NCBI GenBank assembly: GCA_051362555.1
Contig: CM120642.1
Span: forward strand, 24,056,001-24,120,000
Direction of reading: 5' to 3'
From: Lingula anatina
Lineage: Eukaryota > Animalia > Brachiopoda
DNA length: 64,000 bases
Position numbers and translations under genes: made by a program
The notes under the pieces: generated by a model
The model's database searches: none
What the model saw: only the letters and a program-made list of their open reading frames with translations
What the model was told of the DNA's origin: nothing
Shown: piece after piece, positions 50,793-63,448 of the stretch
Position numbering within the stretch: position 1 is the stretch's first letter
How the letters are laid out: each line of letters begins with the position of its first letter

Positions 50793-52672
50793 GCAAAATG
50801 AGAAAATTACTACTCCACTTGCTGCTGCACTACGCTTGGTTTAATCCGTTGTAACACTGCTTGCTGACTTGATTAAAACTCTTAAAATGTTGCAATTCTG
50901 ACCATAACATAATTGATGTCTTTATCGTCAAAACTGCCTTCCGAGGAATTGTGAATAGTGATGAAAATAGATGATTAAGAAAATAAACTTGAATTAATGA
51001 GGGCCAAAAATGAAGAGGGGAGCTTTTTTTTTCAAAAAAGGGAGGGTTGGATCTGCCTAGGTACTAAAAATAAATGAACATACATACACTTTTGTTCATT
51101 TATATTTTATATAGCATCGGTTAACATAAAGTACATAAAAGCATGGAAGTTTTGAAAATTTTATTCATAAGTAAAGTAACATTAAGGAAAATATCATAAA
51201 TCATATTGAAAGTATATTAGGTCTTTTTCATACAGAAATCAATGTAATACCGATAAAAAGATTCAATTGGTTCCATAAGTATCACAAATGCCACACTATT
51301 GAGACATTTCCTTTATTACTAATCTATTTCTAATGGACTATTTCAAATTGCAAATTCAAATTCAAGCTTTGCGTGAATAAAATCTGCTATTCTATTTTGT
51401 CATATTGTTTTTACACAAGCTATGAAACTCGTGATTCAAACGAGTGTTAAGTTCACATTAAATTTCTAAAGATTGTGTATTGATATAATAAGTTCACATT
51501 TAATTTCTAAAGATTGTGTATTGATATAATAAATATGCAGAGATTCTGCAGTCGCTTCCAAACAGAACAACCCAACGGAAGGTGGCTCGCACCGGAGTTA
51601 ATAGTCTTTAAAATTCCTCCTCCCACTATACCTGATAGACCAATCACAATTTGCAGAAGCATGGGTCACGTGAAATACCTGTAAGACTCCAGCAGATATC
51701 GCGATTTCCCTAGAAAGAAACACAGTCACACAGGTATAGGTATAAGGTTAAAAAAAAGTGCAAAAACCCGTACTCTTTTTAATAGTTTTCTGAGAAAATC
51801 AATTCTGTAGCACAATAATATTATATTAATATATTTATTTCGAGTCTAAAATCCATAAAATGTTCAATAGACTGTACAACATAAAATACAAAGAAGTTTA
51901 TAGATTAAAGGGTTAAGATATATATTATATAAATCAGAGCTAGACTAAATAGTAATAAACAGTAATTAAAAGTAAAAAATCCAAGGTTTCTTTAATGTAA
52001 AATTTAAAATTCATGAATAAAATGTCTTTAAAATGTGAGTTTTCAATTCCGTTTTAAAAGATTCTTGTGTTTCTATTCGTCTAATAAAAATTGGTAACGT
52101 ATTCCACTCTACTGGTGCGGCTACACAAAATGTTAAACTGTTAACACAAGCGAAATATCATTACTATCCTGGCCAGTGTATGTTTACCCGAGATGAAAAA
52201 AAGAGGGAAAAGCACAAGTATATGATGGCCAGATTTATAATTACATTTGTTATGAAAAGTTAAAAAAATTAAATGTTTCATTGTAACCACTGTGCTGTAC
52301 AACACGAGTTACATCAATAAGTAAACAGGGATATTGAAATGGTAAAGAACTAAAAAATGGATTAGCAAAAACAAGTTTATGAATAACACAAATTGAACCT
52401 GTGAAATTTGCGTGCCAGTTATACAGTGTGAAATGTTAATATGTTTTTTTTTTCTATTTAATATTTATTATCAATTTTTATTAGTTGTTTTCCTTACTAT
52501 TCATTTACATAAAACATTACCTGAGGTAGTCGTAGCAGTAATACGTACATGTACATAGCGTGGGGGTAAACATTAAGCAGTACAACATACACAATTTACA
52601 TTACAAGTTGTTCACATTACCGGGGAGATAGCACGCTTTCCACTGACCTAAATACTTTATCTTAAAGGTAAA

Positions 52673-53877
52673 ATGGCGAGCAAACTAGGCCTTTTGTTGT
52701 TTCTTGCGGTGTGTGTCAACGTGACATTTTCGGCAGACGACATAGTGAAAGATCCACGCGCGTTCTGCCAGAAATCGCCGTCGAGCTCTCCGTTTCGTTA
52801 TGCCTGTAACACATGCTGGTGCTCCGAAGATGGCAGCTATTTCTGTACTGAAATGGGATGCCTGAAAGGTCAGTACACATAAAGTGCCCGACATTCCACA
52901 GACTTAGCCAGAGGCGGATTTAGAGGGGGGCCAGGGGGGTCATGCCCCCCCCTCCCCCCCCCCCCCCCCCATTAGGTTTCTGAAAATAAAATCACACTAA
53001 TATTCCTCTTGGAATTAGAATCTTGACCATCTGATTCATAGTATTAAACCGTACCAAACCGTTCGCACCGTTCGCACCCGAACCCTACGTCAACCGGAAG
53101 GGGGGGGGGGGGGGTCGGCGTCGCATCCGCGGACCTCCCCCCTTCAAATGTTCCTGGATCTGCCCCTGCTTACAATATATTTTAAGAACATAATTCATAA
53201 AGAATATTGCAAAGATTGCAATCAAATAACCGTACAGACGTGTACAGTTGCATTATAGTAGGGCCTACTGGATCTACTAAACTACGTTGGTACAATTTGT
53301 TGTAATACAGATGAAACCAGAACATATGAATGTCTTTCTCTTCCATTTTTCGAAACAAGAGCCACGTGTTTTAGTATACAACCATCCTTACATCTGTGCT
53401 TCTATACGCGTGAGTGTGTATACATGGGTTCATAAACTAGGGTGTAATGACTGATTCGATACAAAGGGAGCACAGTGAGCCCCCACCCCTCCCCTGATAA
53501 GACACCAACAAGCATTTTTTTATCCCTCTCTCTTAAAATGTTCTTGTCCACTGTTACATGTACATCACCGAGAGACGCGAGTGCAAAAGATTTTACCCCT
53601 CTGCCCCCTCCCCCCCCCCCCCACACCCCCAACGCACGCGTAGCAATGGATTCGTTTTTACCGTAACTGCGTAGTATGAAAGGCCGACTTGTCAATGCGC
53701 TTGTGTCATACTGTATCGAATATTCCTATGCACTTTATCTTTACCTGTCCCTTCGTTCTAGTGGAGTGCGGGGATCGTCGAGCCGGGGACCACTGGAAAG
53801 AAGGCGACCTGAACTGCACGTGTGCCTACGACCATGATAAAGAAGGGTGGATGGTGTACAAACCAAAGTGCCAGTAA
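52673..53877 (+). CDS. Secreted pacifastin-like inhibitor + 4-Cys C-terminal domain (PAC-3, putative P1 Glu)
   Basis: Exon 52673-52868: signal peptide then C-x12-CNTCWCSEDGSYFCTEMGC, matching the pacifastin consensus. Exon 53762-53877: VECGDRRAGDHWKEGDLNCTCAYDHDKEGWMVYKPKCQ*. Confidence 0.9.
52909..53168. mobile_element. GC-rich MITE with CAG[A/G]GGCGGAT-type TIRs (hAT-like); partial copies at ~4315, ~15758, ~49029
   Basis: cagaggcggatttagagggggg ... cctggatctgcccctg; internal gaattagaatcttgac...aaaccgtaccaaa is shared with the 15800 and 49070 regions. Confidence 0.6.
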
Positions 53878-55567
53878 AACATGTGATCTTTAAATAATAT
53901 GAGCACTGGAAAAGTTAACCATATGAAAACTTGCTGCATATTGGACTTACTTGAAGAGACACCTCTTCCGTATTGTAAATAAATAAGTACTGGTATTAGA
54001 AAACAATATTATATTTGGAATTTCGCTGAAAGTCATTCTTGTAGTGTCACCCGGATACTGATACAATTATTCTACCACCTCTGAGGGCAGATACCACAGC
54101 TGCCTCTGTACATTGTGTATACATGTACATGTACATGTACCAAATGAAGTTCATTTTTAGAGGTCATTCATGTATTGTGGTTTGGGAATTAAAAAGCACC
54201 CACTGCTGAAACTTTTTACCGTTGAACTTGTTTTTAAACAATTTAAAAATTGTACTAAATTATATGTCATGAATTGCAGTGTCTAAGCACTAAAAAGTCC
54301 CTCTATTGGAATGATTCGAATGTAATTCCTTTCAAAATTTAAGGTTTATTCGTCCTTTCTATCCTGTCGTCCTATCGTACCTTTCAATCCTAAAAACAGT
54401 CAATCATATATAACAAAAATGCCTTAAGAAAAATGATTCTGGATGAAGAGAAAAACAAACCACACAATATTTCTTTTGCTTCCAGGTGCATCACCTTGAA
54501 AATTTCGTTTTGCATTTGCAAAAGAAACGGCGTACAGGAGAAGAAAAAAACTACATGTACCTGAAAATTTTTGTATACAGCTCATATGTATGTTGAACGT
54601 TTTTAATGCTTTGAATATAATTAACCTTATCTTTAATTGAACGATGCTTTCCATTAAGTTCAAACGTTGAAATTGTTAATTGAATTTTTCTAATTTCATC
54701 AACGTTTGAACTGGAAATTAATTGGACTGAATTATCTCCAATTTAAAGACCGGGTTTTAATTGACGTATTATGATCCCACTAAGACTGAATATACTATAC
54801 TATACTGTATTTGAATATACAGTATAGTGCCTGATAATTTGTCTCAGTTAGTTATACTAGTATCACAACATTCCGAATGGATAATTCAAATTGTTTTTCA
54901 CGTCAAAGCATAATTTCCTTGTCACGTTTCCGCGGCACCACTTTAAAGATCATAAACACGATAATGAAACTAATGAAAACGGGCATTAAATTCACAACCA
55001 CGAGTTTGATAAAGACTGTGGTAATCTCATTCAAACACAAAAGTATATGAAATGTTTAAAACAAAGATGTTCAAAGTTAGTATAGAAGATACGAATAGCA
55101 ATATCGCTCTTGAACCTCTGTGGTATAATAGTAAAAGTTAACATTTGTGCAGCTCAGCGCGGCGTACAACAATAGGTTAACAGAAAAAAATATTGCTTAG
55201 AATTTCAATATGGCTAAGCAAAAACAAGTTTAAGTAGAACACAGACTGAATTTATGACTAATAAGAAAGCATAAGTACAAGTTTACAATGTGAAATGTTA
55301 AAGTGTGCGTCGTCTGTATATTCATAGCCTGTGAATTTTCTTTTCTGTTTTTTTTTTTTTTTTTTTTTTTGGACGAATCGTTTTATCCGTCTAGAATTTT
55401 TTTCTTTTGCGTCCAAGTTGTTATCAAGTGAGAGCAATGTTTACCCTTACTTAATCATTTGCCATGAAAACATTTTGATTTTTTGCGTCAAGCACACACA
55501 GTTACCACACCTAAAAAGGGAGATAACATAGTTTCGTCTGACGTAAAATGTTTATCTAAACTGTTAA

Positions 55568-55714
55568 ATGTCTGACAAACTAGACTTTTTGTTGTTAATT
55601 ATGTTGTGAGTCAACGTGGCATTTTCTGTCGCACATGAGCGCACATGTTTTAGTAACACTCTGAACAGTTGCTGATGTTCCAGATATGGCAGTCACATCT
55701 CTTCTGTTTGGAAG
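55568..55714 (+). pseudogene. Pseudogenised paralogue of PAC-3 exon 1
   Basis: atgtctgacaaactagactttttgttgtt...tgagtcaacgtggcattttct aligns with atggcgagcaaactaggccttttgttgtt...tgtgtcaacgtgacattttcg. It has an in-frame TGA in place of TGT, a remnant aacagttgctgatgttcc (NSC*CS) and the same donor aag|gtcagt. The upstream flank is also similar (55213 vs 52361). Confidence 0.75.
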
Positions 55715-55960
55715 GTCAGTAGTAGTTTTTAAGATTTTTAAGACCCGTTATTTTTATTAAGCGTCATGAATTGAAGTCCCTCAGCACTAAAATTTGAATC
55801 TTGATTTAAAATAATTTTCTCTTTTATGAACACAGGCAAACTGCAAGGTTCATTTATCCTATTTACCTATCAATCATTAAAACAAGCAAAAAAGAAAAAT
55901 AAAACAATAATTCTTATGTTTTTCGTTAGTATCATCTCTTTATTATTTTCTGTCCTAACT

Positions 55961-57187
55961 TCAAGCACTCAGACACTCAACATTTTCTGGCCAATCACAA
56001 ATTCCAGTTCCATCGCCGCCATCTTTAAACCACAGGCCTTCTGGGCACGACATCGAAGTGGGAAGCTGGAATCCAGAGCCGCATTCATAAAACTTGCTGC
56101 AGTCATCTGGATCGAGCACTAGGTCTCCTTTTTTCAATTCAGAGCATCTGTTCTCTTTGAAAAAAAACATCACAGATATGAGAACATTAATCATGGAACA
56201 AAAAAATTAATAGGCTACATGTATATGTACAATAGGCGTGATGAATCAAGATATATTAGATGATACCAGCCTTTTCCCCATGTTTTCAACATTAGAATGG
56301 CAGCTGCGTGTCGTTTTTCTTAAATCAAAATTTAAAACCAAAGATTAACGCTGCTACGCATGCGTGGTAACGCGTGTCATTTGCACTACGAAAACTTTGC
56401 CAATTAAATGCCTTAGCCTTAGGAGAAAAAAAAGAGGAAAGAAAGAAAGAAAAATACGGCACATATGTTTCTTCTCATACACAAAATATGATACATCCAA
56501 AATTAATATCAAAGCTGTGAGCAGTAAAAGCTGAACTTTGGGGAAAACGCAGTACATGTATATAGTGCGACCAACTTTTCCTTTAGTTTACGAGGACCCA
56601 TTGTCAGCGTTCAAATTTTCTGGACGGGTTTGAACTGCAGCTACAGAAACATACGTGGTGATGTTGCCCTCCATTCTGCTCGGATGTGTCACACACGGTA
56701 GACAGCTGTACATCATGTAACCACTTTCTTTCAATGAATTTGTTCCACTCCCGTAACTTTAAACTTGTTTCAAATTAAAAAATTAATAATAGTGACGACT
56801 TAGGCTAAGGTATCAATGGATTTGAGTGAGTAGGCCTACTTTTTTTTTTTTTTGAAACAGGCCATACTTTTAAGCAAAAGTGTTATTATCCATCTAGACA
56901 CCCCCCCCCCCCCCCCCCCACGTTGGGCGATGTTTCGGCGTCTTTAGACAGTCGGTGCTGCCCAAGCTTATTGCGGACACATTCGACCTACCTGCGTAGC
57001 AACCAATCAGTGTGCACCCTCCGCCACAGCGACAAGTATTGCACGTATCCTGTCGGAATACCTTCCCTCCATTTTGACAAAACTTATTCACCTCCTGTTG
57101 GCCACGAAGCAGTGGTGGTTTCTTTACCTCGGCAGTCACAAAAACTGCGGCGCACAGGAAAACGCAAACGCTTACTTTGAAATTCAT
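55961..57187 (-). CDS. Secreted pacifastin-like inhibitor + CBM14 chitin-binding domain protein (PAC-4, putative P1 Leu)
   Basis: Exon 57187-56992: MNFKVSVCVFLCAAVFVTA signal, then C-x11-CNTCRCGGGCTLIGC. Exon 56154-55961: ENRCSELKKGDLVLDPDDCSKFYECGSGFQLPTSMSCPEGLWFKDGGDGTGICDWPENVECLSA*. Phase-1 GT/AG intron. Confidence 0.88.
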
Positions 57188-59322
57188 GTTAACAACAAAT
57201 GTTGATGAAGTGTACCCGTCGATTTTCAATGCTTTAAATACCATGATTATTTGCGATAGAATCAAATGTTGAAATTGAAAATTTAATTTTTCGCATTTCA
57301 TCAAAGGCAGTATATGAGCTGAAAATGGACACAGAATTAGAGGGGTAATTACTGCAGCATTTTTAAGTGGCCATTTGAAAACTCCCATTTAAAGCCCGGT
57401 TTTTAAGTGATAGATAATGGCTCCACGTATTGCAAATCAAATGTCCCAACAATACTAGTAGCTTGAAGAAAAGCCCACACTATCAATGTACTTCTTAAAA
57501 ACATGAGAACGCGATGCTATTTTTTTTTCAAGATTGCAAGATTGAAATACATATAGAACCTAAGGTTTGATTAGTTGAAATATACAGTATAGTGCCTATT
57601 ATAGCAGCGTAGAATGAACATAATTATATGATTAATTCCATTCATTTCCTAATTATCTCAACGTGCCGAAAGGACAGTCCAATTTGTCTTACACTATTAC
57701 TCTCGATAGCTTTAATCCTTATGGTTTATGAAGGCTATAAATTTCAAAACTGGTCAATTTTCTCCTGCTTTCAACTTACGAGTAAATACACATTTTTATA
57801 ACTTGAAGTAAAAAAGTCTGTCGCTGAGATATTTGGGAGAGTAAAAATTGTAGGGGCATATGCCCACCATACTTATATACTTGTCACTGCCGAGATTGTG
57901 TTTGCGGTTGAGATTCAAATTGGTTTGAGCGAAACAGCTAACGCAACCCTTGTCACGTCATATTTTGAAATAGAAGTCAAAACAAACTCAAATGGCGAAG
58001 GCTGTCATGTAACGGAATGAAGAATATGTGATGCAACTACCTCATTTTAGTCAGAGTGGAAGGTTTGCCGACTGGAAAACAAAACGTATGCTTCCTATTG
58101 CAACAAACGTCTCTTGTAATACAATTCATATCTGGATGCGTTAATTGGACAATAAGTAGTGTACAGCACTAATATTTCAGCAATTTTTTCTCACCACAAC
58201 AAGGTAGTACTAAACGCTTAACCGTTGCAGTAAGTCGTATCCTACATCTTGTTTATGCTACTAGTGCTCTTATCCCTCGCTGAGAGGTTGTACACTGTAC
58301 TGCAAACTACTTAACAGTTTCAACAAAAGATTGTTTTTTTTCATCCCCTTATGCTTGTCGTGTCATTTGATGTGCGTGTGCATGGCATAACAATTACATC
58401 TTAAAGCTGCACTGAGATGTGCCTATCTTTGTCGCCTCCTTTCCATGAACTAAACATGATATTGACCCGTATGCCACGGTTTTAATATTGGAAATAGTAT
58501 TAAATATCATGCCATTATTCCAACATTCGCTGCGTATTTTATTACTTTCTTAACAGTCGATTTTTCTGTCTCTTCTCCTCCCTTTCTGTCTCGACTACTC
58601 GGGGAGCAAGCTTTGATTGTTGGTTTAGATGAGTATCGAGTACCCTGGAAGTTTTATTAATACCTATATCTCTCACAATGATTGAAAAACACACACACAC
58701 ATATATATAAAGTGTTAACATTTTCCTCTCGGTCAGTCTCGCTGGCGGCACGTGTCTTATAGTACATTAACAGATGCCCCCCCCCCCCCCCAATACCCTA
58801 TCCTGCGCATTTTTCTCAGCCTGCGTCCCTGATAATAACAGTTTTAACTTTAAATTAAGATTGTCTTTCTAAATACAGCATTCTATCAAACGGATTGACT
58901 CTGTAAGGAGCGCTATAACCCCATGTTGCGTTGCAATATTTCAAGTGTGCATTTAGCGAAATAGGACGCTAAGTCAATATACGTTTATCCTTTAAAAATC
59001 ATGAGTCACAAAACGGAACAATGCCGTAAAGGAAAGAAACATTTATTTTGCAAACTCACCATCGACTGTTCCTACATGTAGAATCAGAGCATGCACACGT
59101 ACTGTTTATTCAGCTTAAGCTGTTGCTACAGCAAGTATGTTTGCCTTAAAAATAAAATAAAATTAATCTGAATAGATTAAATTGATCTAAAATTAATTAG
59201 ATAAAATTAATCTGAATAGGAATAGATAATTAATAACAATAGATGAGGACACCACGATAAGGAACTGTTGAGGCAGCAGCCCATTCGAAAACTGTGGACG
59301 CTGTATTTTTCACTCGGTTATT

Positions 59323-59650
59323 TAAGAAAGACTCAGGGCCTAAATAGCACCTATCGATCACCCGAAGCCTATATTATATAGACATCCATACAAAAACCCA
59401 TGTCAAACCTACGGATTAGCACTCAGAAACCGAAGACCTCCACCAAGACAAAAAAAAACTAATAACTAACCACTAATTAACTCATTAATGGATCAGCATC
59501 AAAATCTTATTACTTTTCAGCTACAGTATATCCTATTTGTGATTTATCCTGAAAGTTTCACAGAGATCCCCTTCATAAATTTTTGAGTTGCGCAGGTGAC
59601 GAGCAAACAGACAAAGGAGGTGATAACAATACCTCATTTTCGGAGGTAAC
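59323..59650 (+). mobile_element. HINE-like non-autonomous Helentron element
   Basis: aaagtttcacagagatccc...ttttgagtt...caaacagacaaa...gataacaatacctcattttcggaggtaa, ending in a terminal hairpin. Confidence 0.45.
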
Positions 59651-62208
59651 TAACCTAATATTAATAACTTAATTTATTTTCATTATTTTTAATATTTTCA
59701 GCGACATAATTTGCTGCCGAACGAGTTTCGTCATTAGTACTTACAGCTGGAGTACCGCGACTTTAACAGATTTTTTTCAGTAAAAATAAGTCTGAATAGT
59801 AAATACGGTGACCTCCTTTAGGTAAAAAGCAGTTGTCATTAACATAGGATTTTTGATACATGTCTTGATAAATAAATGGCGAGGAGTATTGATTTGCTGA
59901 AATTATTTGATTAAATTGTGTTAATTGAAGATCGACCGGGAATACAACGTGCATGTGCGTGCGCGTTTGATTGCACATACATGTATCCATGGATTCTTTC
60001 AGTTTCTCTGAGCTTATGCGAGAGTGAGTGTCTGCCTGTCTTTACGTATGTGTTTTCTGAAGACACAAACAACATCTTTTTGTTAGTAACAGTTACACGA
60101 CGCTTAATAATTCAAAACTCAAGATAGAGATTTTAACTTTATCTGCGTAAAAATGTGGAGATGTGAAAAGGGTTTCGGAAAGTGAGATCATAAACAAATA
60201 CACTTGTAAGTGTCTTTTTCCATAATTGAGTGGATTGTCAAGCTGGCAATTCAGTGACGTTCTTCTTTCTTTTGGCCAAGGGTCGGCTGATGCATGTTTT
60301 ATAACACTCAGCAGTAAGACCAGTCTTTTTCAATGTGCATGTAATTGAAAACTGTTAAGTCTATTTATTCTGCCTTGAAAAAGACACACACTCAAATACA
60401 AATCACCCTGGTTGCATGGATGACGAAGCTGAAAGATCTTATTCAGGAAAAAAGGCCTCTATTTACTCTATCAACCCAGCATCGGTTTTTCGTGGAATAG
60501 GAGCATGCGCGAAGGATTGTTTTTTCAACAAAAGCTGTTGCTATGATTGCGTAGGTTAAAAACTAGGTTAAAATGATCGGTAGTGGTCGATTTAGTGGAA
60601 AACATAACTCCACACAATATCCCGCATGCGCAGACCACCTATACAGCCATAAACCTCGGCACGAAAGTAGATTTCATTTTCTTTCTCGGGGACACATAAC
60701 GGTAAGTGTGGGGATGGCCGGTCCATGGCTCTTTTAAATATTAAAAAAAAAAAAGAGGTTCCAAAGTTAGACGGATGCGTGTTTTGCCTATTTTTGTTTT
60801 TATCGTGGGTTGTTGAAGAAAGAAGAGCGCTCACGTTTTTTCGCTAAGTATTGTTGTGTCACACTCATACAGTCGTGTTTACTACCTTTTCCTTCGGTCG
60901 CCTGCTGTACGCATACTTATTTGTGCATGCCAATCCAAAATAATATAAAATGCCTACAAATAACTTTGATATTTACATTAAATTATCGAGGTTCAAACTG
61001 AGGTTAAAATGCACACTGATTAGATTCCCTCTTATTAAATGGAGAATCCCCCCCCCCCCCTCCTTATAACCGGCCAACTAATTACTGGGACTTAGAATGA
61101 GAAAATGAAAACGAACTAAAATATTCGTCAATATACAAACTGGAATTATGCAGCAAAAAAGGACCTCTATATGAGCCAAAAAATTATAATTAATTATTTG
61201 TAACCCCTATACGGAAAATAGTTAATACAAATGTTCTTAACCGTAGATTGTGTAACTGAAAGGTTTTTAATGGATGTGATTAATGTATATTAATGATTTG
61301 AAAATGTTTGTGACTTGAGATTTCAGTCTTGTCTATGCAGATTTTAAACCCGGCTGCAGTATATATGCACCAAACTCTTAGTATTTCCTTGGAGGACTCT
61401 GGGGACCTGTTATGTAATTATGACGTAACAATATATAATCATTTTGCCAATGGGGAATTATGACGTGACCAACAGTGATTACGTAACATTACATAATATT
61501 ATGTTATGTTACATGATGTTATGTAATATTATATAATGTTACGTAATGTTATGTTATATTATATAATATATGACAATTGATATTGAAACATCCAGAAAGT
61601 TCGTTTTGTCCTCTTGCGCGTTCGTTATTATTAACCCCCCAAAAAATAAAGATGGCATCGTACGGTTCAAAGCGTCGCACCACGAGTAAATAAACAAGGG
61701 TTCGCTAACAGTCAGGTGAGACTATTGTAATTTACATAGAGAAAGGTATACAACCCAAATACCTAGAGTATTGTGATGGCGTGTGGTTTGCAAACACTCG
61801 GTAGATTGACTTTGCCTTTTATTCAACTGAATTGCTGAGCTACTTCAGATAAACACAATGTTTATATAAATACGAAATGAACACATACTACGTATTTAGA
61901 ATGGATTATACATAGACAGCTACTTTCAGAGGGTGGAGGGAAAATAAACGTTCTAACAGATTATTCATATTTTGTCTGAACTGGTATTTTGATTGGAATA
62001 GCATATCGGTCACGTGCACCAATATACATTGGATATTGACCTCTGTTTTCATAGAAATGTATAAGCGCCTTGTATCCGGGGTCATTCTCGATAGTATTAT
62101 TATTGTAATTAATCGGGTCACGGAGTTTGCTGAATATTATGTAATATTACGTAATTATGTGTTCATAGAAGCAATAAGGGATCGCTCTGAAACTTGACAG
62201 GTAGCTTA

Positions 62209-62433
62209 GGGTGTATTCCCAGAGATTTAGATCGATCCAGGGATTAAAATTTAGATCGACCTAACTATCTGAGGGCTCAAGCTAAATTGCAGTCAACCGA
62301 GCGCTCACCATAGTTAATTACCCCCTTACAGCTTTCAGTAGGCGGGACAGACGCTTAAGCCGGCTAAGCTGACAGTAATCTAGTGAGACTCCCCACAGGG
62401 ACAGATCGATCTAAAATCTATGGAAATGGGGTC
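62209..62433 (+). mobile_element. PIF/Harbinger-type MITE, copy 3
   Basis: TTA|gggtgtattcccagagatttagatcgatc...gatcgatctaaaatctatggaaatggggtc|TTA; 3-bp TSD. Confidence 0.8.
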
Positions 62434-62444
62434 TTAGAGAAGAT

Positions 62445-63448
62445 ATGGTTCGACAGCTAAGCAACGCAGCTTACTATGGGATTCTTTCTCTCAGAGAAAA
62501 TGGCCAGAGACGGACAGCCATTGCCAGCCAATGCAACATTTATCAGGAACCGGTAGTAAAGTCCTCCAAAGAAATGCTACAACAGGAGCACCTGCTCCAA
62601 TACCTCGACCAGGGTGTCCGCGTATCACACCAAGAAGACAGGATCGCCTTCTCCTTAGAGTGTGCCGTGCTGGTCGTACAAAGACAACCAGTGTCCTCAG
62701 AAAAGAGTGGCAGAATGTCAGTCAAACGCCCGTTTTAAGGTCGCTCGTGAACAAGAGATTACTGCAAGCCGGTTTATTTTGCAACCACTGTTTACAGCAG
62801 GTCATATACAGCAACGTCTGCAGTGGGCTGGGGACCACGTGCGTTTGCAGCCAAAACACTGGAATCACGTCGTTTTCGGTGATGAGGCCAGATACGCAGT
62901 TTTTAGAGTTGACGATCGAAGCCGTGTCCGCCGACGTGTACGAGAGGCATAAAACGATGATTGTGTACTGCCTAGGGTGCAAGCAGGGGGTGATAACGTC
63001 TCTGTTTGGGGAACATTTCATGCCGGTGCCCAGAACCAGTTGGTTTTTCTAGGAGGCAACCCAAACCAGGGTTCCTACAGAGACATTCTACAGCAAACAA
63101 TGCTTCGATTTGTAAGAGTCATCTTCAGGGACAACTTTGTGTACCAAGACGACTGCGCAACCCCACATCGAGCTCGCAGAATCAGTTTTTCTTCTAAACC
63201 AATGGGTTCAGCAACCGCCCTGGCCTGCAAACTCCCCAGATATGAACCCAACTGAAAATCTGTGGGCGGAAGTAACTCACAGAATTAATAGCTATGGTCA
63301 TGCATCGGCCGGTAAATAGTGATGAACTGCGTCAGGCAAATATCACTGGAATAATATCCCCATCCAAACTTTAAAAAACTTGTCACAAGGAATGCCATGT
63401 AGGATGAGGGCGCTGCAAGCGGCTGCTGGAGGTCATACCCGCTATTGA
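62445..63448 (+). mobile_element. Degenerate Tc1/mariner transposase (frameshifted)
   Basis: Fragments in different frames: PRPGCPRITPRRQDRLLLR (HTH linker), WNHVVFGDEARY, VSVWGTF, FVYQDDCATPHRAR, WPANSPDMNPTENLWAE, ...GGHTRY*; these are Tc1 DD34E motifs. Confidence 0.88.

Noticed and set aside
56655-56756. Open 102-nt AG/GT-bounded segment on the minus strand within the PAC-4 intron
   Set aside because: Open only in phase 0; the flanking exons require phase 1, where it contains a stop.
9742-61001. Many ORF-track entries with low-complexity translations (ERKK, HTHT, YIYI, poly-Y/L, poly-G/P)
   Set aside because: They arise from microsatellites and homopolymers, or are antisense shadows of real exons; no domain signal.
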